Shown piece after piece: positions 30,363 to 39,158 of a stretch of DNA of 64,000 nucleotides. How positions within the stretch are numbered: the stretch's first letter is position 1; the number at the start of each line of letters is the position of its first letter. Position numbers and translations under genes: made by a program. Source of the stretch: Nitrososphaerota archaeon (GTDB lineage Archaea; Thermoproteota; Nitrososphaeria_A; Caldarchaeales; Calditenuaceae); NCBI GenBank assembly GCA_041641295.1, contig JBEPYO010000001.1, positions 160,001-224,000 of the forward strand, in the 5' to 3' direction. A model generated the notes under the pieces. It saw only the letters and a program-made list of their open reading frames with translations. It searched no databases and was not told the DNA's origin.

Positions 30363-31409
30363 GCATTTTCCTACGGCACAGCGTAAGCCCCTGGCCTGCT
30401 GAACGCGAATACGTAACCATCAAGGAGGCCGAAACAGACCCGCGATACGGCTCTAGACCTGAGGAACGCCCAATCCAAGACATGCTCAACTATGGCTACA
30501 TCCCCTTGGACAAGCCCCGCGGCCCCACAAGCGGCGAGATAACCGAGCGGGTCAGAAGACTGCTGGGAGTTGAGAGGGCTGGGCACGGCGGGACCCTAGA
30601 CCCTAACGGGTGGGGGAGATCCCGCAGTCTCCGGGCTACTCCCAATCCTCCTAGGAAACGCAACAAAGGCCTCTGCGGAGATCCACACTTACCCGAAGGA
30701 GTACGTCTGCCTGCTTAGGCTCCACGGAGACGTCGACGACAACGACCTCGAGTGGGGGCTCTCACAGTTCATCGGAGAGTTCTACCAGACACCGCCCGTG
30801 AGGTCCAACGTCGCGAGACAGGTCAGGAAGAAGGAATTGTTCGAGGCCGAGGTCTTGGAGAGGGATGGGCGCGACGTCCTCCTAAGAATGATCGTAAGCG
30901 GCGGCACATACGTCCGAAAGCTCTGCCACGACTTAGGACTGGTCCTTGGTGTTGGGGCCCACATGGTCGAGCTGAGGCGCATACGGATAGGCCCCAAGTC
31001 TGAGAAGGAAGCGGTAACAGTCCAGCAGCTACAGCGCGCAGCCTGGCAGTACCGTGAGGGCGGGGATGAGAAGATGCTGCGCAGCATCGTCAGACCCATA
31101 GAGGAGCTCCTAGAATACATACCCAGAATAGTCGTCCTCGACTCTGCAGTCGACGCCATCTGCCACGGCGCACCCCTAGCCAAGCCCGGAGTCGCCCAAG
31201 CAGAGACAAGAATCACCCGAGGAGCAACAATCGGAATCTACACACTTAAGGGCGAGATAGTCGCAATAGCCAAAGCATTAAAATCCACTGAAGAAATCCT
31301 GAGAGAAGGGGGAATCATAGCCAAGACCGACAGGGTCTTCATGGCGCGAGGCACCTACCCCCCAAGATGGGGGAAAGGAAAATCTAAAACAAGCCAGCCC
31401 ACAACATAA
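30356..31409 (+). CDS. cbf5: H/ACA RNA-guided pseudouridine synthase Cbf5, split by a 19-nt intron (exons 30356-30599 and 30619-31409; 344 aa spliced)
   Basis: LDKPRGPTS and GHGGTL in exon 1; [37 protein letters not shown] and PUA domain in a shifted frame; 1054-19=1035 nt = 345 codons. Confidence 0.93.
30600..30618 (+). other. Archaeal BHB-type intron in cbf5 mRNA
   Basis: Outer helix GCGGGA/UCCCGC, central helix CCCU/GGGG, two AGA bulges; removal restores CTA GAT CCC (L-D-P). Confidence 0.9.
31377..31404 (+). promoter_or_regulatory. Candidate promoter of tRNA-Ser(GGA), inside the cbf5 3' end
   Basis: GGAAAATCTAAA.. matches 24/28 nt of the sequence at the same offset (-39) upstream of tRNA-Ser(TGA). 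Confidence 0.6.
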
Positions 31410-31415
31410 CAGAGG

Positions 31416-31501
31416 GCCGGGGTGGCAGAGAGGTCAATGCGCAGGCCTGGAGAGCCTGTGGCCCGTTTCGGGCCGCGAGGGTTCGAATCCCTCCCCCGGC
31501 G
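31416..31501 (+). tRNA. tRNA-Ser(GGA)
   Basis: Acceptor GCCGGGG/CCCCGGC, anticodon arm CAGGC-CTGGAGA-GCCTG, long variable arm, T-arm GAGGG-TTCGAAT-CCCTC, G discriminator. Confidence 0.96.
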
Positions 31502-31617
31502 TACCAAATGCGGGTTATAGATAACGTCAGGCTGGAAGAAAGGCATTTACTAATCCGTCAATTCCGGCTCAAACAATATCCAGCGCTTAGCCCATCTTAC
31601 AAGCGATAAATCAGCTG

Positions 31618-31710
31618 TGCGGCGGGCGGGATTTGAACCCGCGACCCCCAGCGTGGCAGGCTTCCACGCATCTATGTGCTTGGTGTCCTACCAGGCTAGA
31701 CTACCGCCGC
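31618..31710 (-). tRNA. tRNA-Gly(GCC) with 19-nt intron at position 29/30 (31662-31680)
   Basis: Acceptor GCGGCGG/CCGCCGC, T-arm GCGGG-TTCAAAT-CCCGC; the anticodon arm CCAGC-CTGCCAC-GCTGG forms only after removing AGCACATAGATGCGTGGAA; TTTTTATA about 26 nt upstream. Confidence 0.93.
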
Positions 31711-31815
31711 TTCAAGGGTTCAGGTATGAAGCCTGTATAAAAATTCTAGAGGCGGGAATCACTCCGCTGCCCCTCATCACCTATATCTAGTTGGGCGGGC
31801 GTTTCTTCTGTAGGT

Positions 31816-32538
31816 TTGGCCGCGGCTGTTGAGGTGGATGGTGTCTGGAAGTTTTTCGGGGAGCGCGCGGCTTTGAAGGGAGTCAGCTTCAGGGTCAGTC
31901 CAGGTGAGGTTTTCGGCCTGATTGGACCAAACGGCGCAGGGAAGACGACATGTTTCCGGATACTCGCCACAATTTTGAGGCCCAGTAGGGGTGGTGCAAA
32001 GATATTCGGGTTTGATGTGGTGAGAGATGCGCAGGAGGTCAGGAGTTTAATCTCGTATCTTCCAGAGGAGGCCGGGGTTTACAGGAGCCTGAGTGGTGTG
32101 GACTACATCCGATTTCTGGCAAGGATCTATAACAGGGATGAGGTGGAGGCGCTGCATGAGGCTGAGGAAGTCTCAGGTCTTGGTGATGCGCTTCGGTCTA
32201 GGATGGGCTCCTACAGCCTGGGGATGAGAAGGCGTATTCTGCTGGCAGGCGCGCTGATCGCCCGCCCAAAGGTAGCCATCCTAGACGAGCCTACATCCGG
32301 CCTAGATGTTATGCACGCAGTATATGTGAGAGACGTGATAAAGAAGTATTCGCGCCAAGGCATGACTTTTCTCATCTCGAGCCATAACATGCTGGAGGTG
32401 GAGTATCTCTGTGATAGAATCGCCATCATAGATGAGGGAGTGATAATCGCGGAGGGTCAGCCAAAATATCTGAAGGAGAGCGCGGGTGCAGAGAATCTTG
32501 AAGAACTTTTCCTCTCGCTGAAGAGGGGGGCTCAATGA
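31816..32538 (+). CDS. ABC-2 type transporter ATP-binding protein (NatA-like)
   Basis: GPNGAGKTT, YSLGMRRR, LDEPTSGLD, SSH. Confidence 0.9.
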   Translation: MAAAVEVDGVWKFFGERAALKGVSFRVSPGEVFGLIGPNGAGKTTCFRILATILRPSRGGAKIFGFDVVRDAQEVRSLISYLPEEAGVYRSLSGVDYIRFLARIYNRDEVEALHEAEEVSGLGDALRSRMGSYSLGMRRRILLAGALIARPKVAILDEPTSGLDVMHAVYVRDVIKKYSRQGMTFLISSHNMLEVEYLCDRIAIIDEGVIIAEGQPKYLKESAGAENLEELFLSLKRGAQ

Positions 32539-33854
32539 GTTTTAGTGTTCTTGTTTGGAAGGAGCTACGCGAGCTGCTCGCCGAGAAAACAATCCTAATA
32601 GGCATTCTACTAATGCCACTCATTCTCTTCCCTCTCCTCGGGCTCACGATGGTTGCGGGATTCTCCTCAGCAGGGAGGGCTCAGCAGGTTTTCGAGGCAG
32701 CAGTTCTGGACAGAGACGACGGGTGGGCGTCGCGCGAATTGCTAGAGACGCTGAAGAGAGCCGGTGTCAGACTAAAGCCCACTCCAAGTGGTGGTGATCT
32801 AAACGAGATTCTGGAGGGGCTGGATTCGAGGCTTCTCATAATCATCCCCGAAGGCTTCTCCCAGAACATCACCAACTATAGGCAAGCCTCAATACAATTA
32901 TACTACCGTCTCGAGAGACTATCGATTAGTGAGCTACAGGGCCTCTCAAACTTCCAGGCCCTCGTCAGCTATTCTTCGACTATTTTTGGCGAGAGGCTTG
33001 CCAGCGGTGAGGGAATAGATGTGAGGTTCTATAAGTCGCCATTCACGGCCTCAGAGTTTATCGTCTATCAGGGTCAAGTATTGGGCGGGGTTTCAACTAC
33101 TGTTTTCCAACCCGTGCTATACCTCTCCCTGACAATTCCGATCGGAATATTCATAATAGCCGTTACAGCCGGCAGCGTCTCAGCAACCAGCGTAGCCTTG
33201 GAGAAAGAGGCGAAAACCCTTGAGATACTTCTAACCCTACCCATACACAGGCTGAAGCTCCTCGCATCTAAGCTTCTAAGCTCGATCGTCTTGGCGGCGC
33301 TGGGCGGAGCCTCCTTCATGATAGGATTCCTCATTTACTTCCAAGGGATAATGTCGATGATTCGTCAGCCCCCGGTAGAGGGTGTCCAAACAGGTGCCGA
33401 AATGTTGTCCACTTTTTACAGCTTGTCCGGACCGGTCCTGCTTCTCCTGGGATTGATTGTTATAATCTCGCTTGCTCTGACACTGTCAATCGGTATTTTG
33501 GCGGGAGTAGTCGCGGGGGATGTTCGCGGTGGTCAGCAACTCGCATCCCTCCTTCTATCACTACTCTTTCTCCCCCCATTCATGCTACAGCTGCTCGGCG
33601 GGCTTAGTACACTTGACCCAACTCTCCTAACCATAATGATGTTAAACCCCGTGACACACGTGTTCCTAGCGCTAGAGTCTGCAACAGCTTCGGATATACC
33701 CGCAGCCCTCACCCACATCCTAGTCACTCTTGCCTATCTTGTGTTGTTGCTGGGCGTTGCGGCATGGATCTTTAGCGGGGAGAGGCTGATATCACTTAGG
33801 GTCAGGCTGGGGCGAAGAGGTATTCTCGAAACCGTTCGCGGGTCGGGTAAGTAG
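32535..33854 (+). CDS. ABC-2 type permease (NatB-like)
   Basis: KELRE start, extracytoplasmic loop, EKEAKTLEILLTLP, several TMs. Confidence 0.85.
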   Translation: MSFSVLVWKELRELLAEKTILIGILLMPLILFPLLGLTMVAGFSSAGRAQQVFEAAVLDRDDGWASRELLETLKRAGVRLKPTPSGGDLNEILEGLDSRLLIIIPEGFSQNITNYRQASIQLYYRLERLSISELQGLSNFQALVSYSSTIFGERLASGEGIDVRFYKSPFTASEFIVYQGQVLGGVSTTVFQPVLYLSLTIPIGIFIIAVTAGSVSATSVALEKEAKTLEILLTLPIHRLKLLASKLLSSIVLAALGGASFMIGFLIYFQGIMSMIRQPPVEGVQTGAEMLSTFYSLSGPVLLLLGLIVIISLALTLSIGILAGVVAGDVRGGQQLASLLLSLLFLPPFMLQLLGGLSTLDPTLLTIMMLNPVTHVFLALESATASDIPAALTHILVTLAYLVLLLGVAAWIFSGERLISLRVRLGRRGILETVRGSGK

Positions 33855-33895
33855 AAGATATTTACCGTAGACAGCATCTACGTGAGACGGGACTC

Positions 33896-35491
33896 TTGCT
33901 GTGGGAGGTATTAGTGGCTGTAGCACTATCTTGGGCTAGGATTGCTGCAGCCCTAGCCATATCCGTCTTCGCGGCTGTAATTGTCGGCATATATTCTGGG
34001 ATAAGTAGGCGGGTTGATAGGATTGTTATCCCCATCCTAGATGTTCTCCAGAGTGTGCCGATATTGGGTTTCTTCCCCCTGGCAGTCTTTGTGCTGGCGA
34101 GTGCCGTACCCGTACTAGGCTATGAGATCGCATCAATCTTCCTCATATTTACCTGCACGTTCTGGAACCTGGCATTCGCAGTCTATGAGGGGGCCCGATC
34201 TATACCGCAGTCCATGATCGAGGTTGCGGAGCTCAGCAAGTTGTCACTGAAAGATAGGTTTGGGAAGATCTACGTCCCGGCCGTTTTCCCCAAGATTGTG
34301 GACCAGTTGCCCGCGAGCTTATCCAACGCCTTCTACTTCCTAGCAGCCAGCGAGGTGATAGCTCTCGGAGAGGCTGAGGTGAGGGTGGCGGGTATAGGGA
34401 CGCTCATCCTGAGATACTTGGGGATGGGAAACTATACTGGCATCGCGATAGGTCTGGTTGCTACGGCCCTCAGCATTATCGCCGCATACCTCCTAGTTCT
34501 GATGCCCCTCATCTCATACTCGGACAGGTATAGGTTCGACATAGCCCAGCCCCCCGCTGTTCAGAGGACACCGATGATCATGGGACTCTACACCCGCATC
34601 AAGTCCATCCAATCCCCATTGAGGATGGAGCAGAGGCGCATAGCAGGGCTTACCCACCGAGTTTTCCCAATCCAGCTAGTCAACATAAAGTATGTGGGGA
34701 GTGATGTTAAGCGTCTAATATTCATAGTCTTTATCGTTGTTCTGCTTGTCTTCGCTGGGCCGAGGATATACGCAAACATAGATGATGTGTGGGCGGCTGT
34801 TGCCAGTGTGGCGGCTGCCGGTGTTAGGCTGGGGATACTGAGCATCGGAGAGGCACTCGCCTATTCCTTCTCTCGTGTATTAATATGCTTGGCACTAATG
34901 CTGTCAATCAGCCTGCCCATCGCTTACATCATTTCCGAGAAGCCGGATGTCAGGAATACCCTCCTACCCATCCTTCAAATCATTGCTTCTCTCCCATCGC
35001 CGCTAATTTTCCCGATCATCTCGGGCTTCTTTGAGGGCGGTATCTACTCCCGAGAGCTTGGGGCGATACTGCTTATGTCGCTGGGTTCTGTGTGGTATGT
35101 ATTCTACTCGACACTAAGCGGGTTCAACAAGGTTCACGGGGAATATCGAGAGCTTGCCAGGCTGTATAGACTCTCGGGTTTCAGCAAGTTTAGGTATATT
35201 TACCTCCCATTCGCGACACCATCGATAGTGACGGGGTTGATAACCGCGACAGGCGGTGCGTGGAATACTGTTATAGTGGCGGAGAGGCTTGGTGAGGGTG
35301 GGAGAATATTCGAGGTCCAGACGCCGGGTCTAGGTAAGCTAATGTCCGTGCTGGCGGAAATGGCTGACACACCGGGCCTAGTGTTCACAGTCATAGTCAT
35401 GACGGTCTTCGTGATACTCGTCAACAGACTATTATGGCGAAAACTCTATGACTATTCCATAAGAGCGCTGAGGATTCATGAGCAACTCTGA
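33896..35491 (+). CDS. NitT/TauT-family ABC permease with two fused permease domains
   Basis: ILDVLQSVPILGFFP and second repeat ILQIIASLPSP...GLITATGGAWNTVIVAE. Confidence 0.88.
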   Translation: MLWEVLVAVALSWARIAAALAISVFAAVIVGIYSGISRRVDRIVIPILDVLQSVPILGFFPLAVFVLASAVPVLGYEIASIFLIFTCTFWNLAFAVYEGARSIPQSMIEVAELSKLSLKDRFGKIYVPAVFPKIVDQLPASLSNAFYFLAASEVIALGEAEVRVAGIGTLILRYLGMGNYTGIAIGLVATALSIIAAYLLVLMPLISYSDRYRFDIAQPPAVQRTPMIMGLYTRIKSIQSPLRMEQRRIAGLTHRVFPIQLVNIKYVGSDVKRLIFIVFIVVLLVFAGPRIYANIDDVWAAVASVAAAGVRLGILSIGEALAYSFSRVLICLALMLSISLPIAYIISEKPDVRNTLLPILQIIASLPSPLIFPIISGFFEGGIYSRELGAILLMSLGSVWYVFYSTLSGFNKVHGEYRELARLYRLSGFSKFRYIYLPFATPSIVTGLITATGGAWNTVIVAERLGEGGRIFEVQTPGLGKLMSVLAEMADTPGLVFTVIVMTVFVILVNRLLWRKLYDYSIRALRIHEQL

Positions 35492-36245
35492 AATACTATT
35501 AGAGCTTAGAAACGTTACACATGGTTATAGCCTGAGGGCGGGGTCGACTCTCAAAGTTATCGAGAACCTGAACATACAGGTCAGGTACGGCGAGTTTCTA
35601 GGGATAGTGGGGCCGAGTGGGTGCGGAAAGAGCACCATACTCCGGATTATGGCCGGGCTCATCAAGCCTCTGTCTGGAACAGTGATATTTCGCGGTGAAG
35701 TGTTGAATGGCACTACGCCGCGCATATCCCTGATGCATCAGACGCCAACACTGCTCCCCTGGCTAACGGTCAAAGAGAACATTTACCTCGCCCTCATGGC
35801 TAGGAAGGATCTGACCGAGCGCGAGAAGCAGTTGAAAGTGTCTGAACTACTTGAGCTGGTTGAACTCAGCGGCTACGAGTCCGCATACCCCTACGAGCTG
35901 AGTGGGGGAATGAGACAGAGAGTCGCGCTCGCCAGAGCACTCGTCACAGACCCAGACCTCCTCCTCTTGGACGAGCCGTTCAGCAACCTTGACCCCCTCA
36001 CTTCGCTCAGCTTAATTCGCGAGCTGGAGGGCATGTGGTTTGACACGACCCTCCCACCCATCTCTGTAGTGATGGTTTCTCACAACATCGAGGAGGTTGT
36101 CATGCTTGCTGACAGGGTGATTGTGCTTGGTGGGCGTCCCGCAAGGATTCTGGCTGAGGTCCCCATAGAACTCTCGCGACCTAGGAACAAGAAGTCAGAG
36201 GAGTTCTACAGACTGGTCGATGAGATATTCTCTCTTATTAGCTAG
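35478..36245 (+). CDS. NitT/TauT-family ABC ATP-binding protein
   Basis: GPSGCGKST, LLPWLTV, YPYELSGGMRQR, DEPFS, VSHNIEE. Confidence 0.92.
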   Translation: MSNSEILLELRNVTHGYSLRAGSTLKVIENLNIQVRYGEFLGIVGPSGCGKSTILRIMAGLIKPLSGTVIFRGEVLNGTTPRISLMHQTPTLLPWLTVKENIYLALMARKDLTEREKQLKVSELLELVELSGYESAYPYELSGGMRQRVALARALVTDPDLLLLDEPFSNLDPLTSLSLIRELEGMWFDTTLPPISVVMVSHNIEEVVMLADRVIVLGGRPARILAEVPIELSRPRNKKSEEFYRLVDEIFSLIS

Positions 36246-36741
36246 CCTTTACCCCCCGCCTAGCCTTGAATAATCCTTCCTCACCATCATACTCTAGATA
36301 GCCAGTCGTAACTAGCCAGTCGAGGAGGAAAGACTTAGCCATAGTGACGCTCTCAGGACTATTGTCGCAGAGGTTTAGGTCTCTGCAGATCTGGTCAACG
36401 GGAATGGGGCCCTTCTTTTCAGCCACATAGCGGATTATTGATTTGAAGGGCTCGGCGTTTCTGGTCAGCTCTCGGAGCATCCGTATCTTCCCGGAGTGCC
36501 TGCGCCTCGAGAAGGATCTGCCCAGATCGGTTAGTATTGCGTCACCTTCATCAACCTTCACTAGGCCTAGGGCCTCGCATGCCTCGAGGATTTCCAGCAC
36601 AAGCCCCGACTCCATCCCAGCCTCACTTACAAGCGTAGCTACGTCTGCCCTACCATTCAGCAGCTCTAGGATCTCAACCAACCCCGAAACCATTGCAGGC
36701 GTAACGCGGAGGGGGCATCTAGGCCCCTGTTGGTCCAACAC
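36238..36741 (-). CDS. Stand-alone AAA-associated (AAA_assoc_C-like) domain protein
   Basis: GLVEIL..NGRADVATL...EACEALGLVKVDEGDAILTDLGRSF resembles the C-terminal domain of NitT-type ATPases. Confidence 0.7.
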   Translation of the reverse strand: MLDQQGPRCPLRVTPAMVSGLVEILELLNGRADVATLVSEAGMESGLVLEILEACEALGLVKVDEGDAILTDLGRSFSRRRHSGKIRMLRELTRNAEPFKSIIRYVAEKKGPIPVDQICRDLNLCDNSPESVTMAKSFLLDWLVTTGYLEYDGEEGLFKARRGVKAS

Positions 36742-36834
36742 CCTATCACTGAATTACTCTAATTTCTCATATATAACCATGCGGATTTATATTTGGAAGA
36801 TTCACCTGAAAAAGAGCGATATGTAATCTTTCAA

Positions 36835-37974
36835 TCAGGGGCTCAGCGCCATGTCCAGTATTCTCTCAACTGGCCTGGCATTGGCTGCATGACGAGAGTA
36901 CTTCTGCAAAGCCGCGGTGTCTATCTCGTCTAAAGCCTTCTTGACAGATGCTGAGAGGCTCTCAACACTTAAATCCCCCTCTCTGAGGATAACGGCCACC
37001 CCATTTTCGGCCAGCGATTTTGCGTTTGATTCCTGCTCTGTCTGCCTTGGTATTGGGATCACGACGAGCCTGCAGTTGAAGGCTAGGGCCTTGGCTGCGA
37101 GCGTCTGGCCTGCCCGCGTCACGACAACATCTGAGGCCGCGAGCAGTTCATACTCGTCCTCATACCACTCCACAAGCCTCACGCCTTCGTTTACCTGGCC
37201 ACCTACAGCCCCTGTCATTATGGCTTGAAACCCTTTCTGGCGATGGAGGAGAGGTACTAGGAGGTCTCTGAAGCGTGTACGATCTGGGTGGGGGCCTGTG
37301 GGTACTACCGCTACTAGTGGTTTTGATGGGTCGAATCCGAGCTTCTCTTTGAGCTTATCGCGAGGGGGGTAGTCGCCCGGTAGTCTCTCCAGTATCGGGC
37401 CCACATACTCTGCACGCAGTTCATCCACCCTACGCATCCTCAGGTTCTCTCTGGAGATTGTGAGAGGTGGCGGGTAGTCTGCTATTAGGAGCCTGTGGGA
37501 GAGGCTCCAAGCAACTGTGAACGAGTTTATGATGTCTTCGAAGAATGCGGCTAGTCTGGGTAGGCGGTCCTTCTGCAACAGGACATTGTATTGGTTGAGG
37601 ATGAGGGTGCTTCGTATGCCGGTTAGGCGTGCGGCTAGGATGGCGGAAGCCCTAGTGTCCGAAACTACTGCATCAGCTCCAAACTCCTCAATGATTCTAG
37701 CCTCGATGAGTGTCTGGGCAGTAACCTTCAATGGTAGGAAGATGTTTTGAAGCAGTGTTGCCTTTATGCTCACCGCGCCCCGCGCATCCCGCCCATAGTC
37801 GACAGCGGGTACCTCCAAGACGTTTAGACCCAGCCTCTCAAAATAGCTGACTGCATCACCGTAGGTGGATATCGAAACGTCATGCCCCCTCTTGATGGCC
37901 TCCAAGATTATCGGCCGGCACCTAGACGCATGTCCTAGCCCTATTCCGCATACGCTGAAGTGGATGCGCGCCAT
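36835..37974 (-). CDS. GT-B glycosyltransferase, GT28/MurG-like
   Basis: CGIGLGHASR, SDVVVTRAG, IPIPRQTEQESNA. Confidence 0.85.
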   Translation of the reverse strand: MARIHFSVCGIGLGHASRCRPIILEAIKRGHDVSISTYGDAVSYFERLGLNVLEVPAVDYGRDARGAVSIKATLLQNIFLPLKVTAQTLIEARIIEEFGADAVVSDTRASAILAARLTGIRSTLILNQYNVLLQKDRLPRLAAFFEDIINSFTVAWSLSHRLLIADYPPPLTISRENLRMRRVDELRAEYVGPILERLPGDYPPRDKLKEKLGFDPSKPLVAVVPTGPHPDRTRFRDLLVPLLHRQKGFQAIMTGAVGGQVNEGVRLVEWYEDEYELLAASDVVVTRAGQTLAAKALAFNCRLVVIPIPRQTEQESNAKSLAENGVAVILREGDLSVESLSASVKKALDEIDTAALQKYSRHAANARPVERILDMALSP

Positions 37975-38000
37975 AGAGTCGGCCTTCCCTCTATGATGTT

Positions 38001-38615
38001 TTAGGTATGATGTGCCCTGAGCGTTATTCTCTTGATGACGCCCCGCGGAGTCTCTTCCGCAAAAATATCCGCGTTAAACCTGTAGATCTTCACATCCCCT
38101 CTCAGCCAGTCAGTGGGCCTTAACCCGGCCTTTAAGCATAGGTGCATAAGGAACTCCTCCGCATCCCAGCCATACTCCACAGGGACTTGGGGGAGTAGAA
38201 GGCCTGCGCCCTCATCGGCTTCAATGATTAGGCCGTCGAGGCCTATCCTGATGTGCTCAGGGAGCGAGGACCGCGGCTCAGCTTTGATTTCTTCGGGCTC
38301 TGTGAGGAGCGTCAGCTCTACAACCACTTCATCTGCCTCGGACTGTGTCAGGGGTGGGAAACGCGGGTCGTAGAAGGCTGCAAGCCTGGCAGCAGTTATC
38401 GTATCGTCCACGATATTGGAGCGCGGGAGTGGCAGGCCCATGCAACCCCTCAACTCCTTTGATTCGTGTTGATAGAGTGTTACGAAGACTCCTCTACGGA
38501 TAGATAGGTTCTTGAGAGAGTCTGTCAAATCCAACTCTTTCTTGAGTCCGAGGTCTCTCATAATAGCAGACCTAGCCAGCCTTACCAGCCCCACCCCCAC
38601 CTCTTCACTTATCAT
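38001..38615 (-). CDS. AMMECR1-domain protein
   Basis: GVFVTL, LRGCMG, DPRFPP, GLLLPQV, CLKAGL. Confidence 0.92.
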   Translation of the reverse strand: MISEEVGVGLVRLARSAIMRDLGLKKELDLTDSLKNLSIRRGVFVTLYQHESKELRGCMGLPLPRSNIVDDTITAARLAAFYDPRFPPLTQSEADEVVVELTLLTEPEEIKAEPRSSLPEHIRIGLDGLIIEADEGAGLLLPQVPVEYGWDAEEFLMHLCLKAGLRPTDWLRGDVKIYRFNADIFAEETPRGVIKRITLRAHHT

Positions 38616-38642
38616 TCCAGCAACACATGTGAAACCATTCTT

Positions 38643-39158
38643 TTATTCCTTGCTCAAACCCTTTAGCAGCCTTCTCACTCTCTCCAAGGTCTGTGAAATG
38701 TTCTTCCAGTGGCTCCCAACCCAGTATTCCTGACCGCACGACCCGCACCTCCACCTGTTGTCAGAGGATGGCTGGAGCTGTCCGTTACAGAGGGAGCAGA
38801 GCCTAAACTTCAAGGCTAAGAACTCCTCAAAAGGTATTCCGTACTCGCTCATCAAGTGGATGGCGATTTGGGAGAGCTGGCTCTCGGTACCGCTAAGCGG
38901 CAGGAGAATGGAGCGACCACCTTTAGACAATATTCGTCTATAGAGTTCGGTGTCTGAGGTGAGGACTATACGCCCCTCTTCTGACCCTTTTTGAATAATC
39001 TCGTCATCTCCTCGGGGGTAGTAGACTGTGTCGTATCCGAGCATTCTTAGCCAGCGCGTGAGTTTACCATGCATCGAGTCTGTGAGGAATTTAGGTTCCC
39101 GCGATGCTTCCCTTCTCAAGTTCCAGTCGGCACTCCTCGCAGAGGTACTGGTCATCAA
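38643..39158 (-). CDS. Mut7-C RNase (PIN-fold) domain protein
   Basis: DSMHGKLTRWLRMLGYDT, LTSD, CSLCN..CGSCG..YWVGSH; start uncertain. Confidence 0.85.
   Translation of the reverse strand: MMTSTSARSADWNLRREASREPKFLTDSMHGKLTRWLRMLGYDTVYYPRGDDEIIQKGSEEGRIVLTSDTELYRRILSKGGRSILLPLSGTESQLSQIAIHLMSEYGIPFEEFLALKFRLCSLCNGQLQPSSDNRWRCGSCGQEYWVGSHWKNISQTLERVRRLLKGLSKE

Noticed and set aside
30356-31409. cbf5 as a frameshifted pseudogene or sequencing error
   Set aside because: The break falls at the known intron position, forms a BHB motif, and removing 19 nt restores the conserved motif and frame
31720-31780. Possible C/D box sRNA on the minus strand (GTGATGA ... CTGA)
   Set aside because: No convincing D'/C' boxes with 10-12-nt guides, and it overlaps the tRNA-Gly promoter
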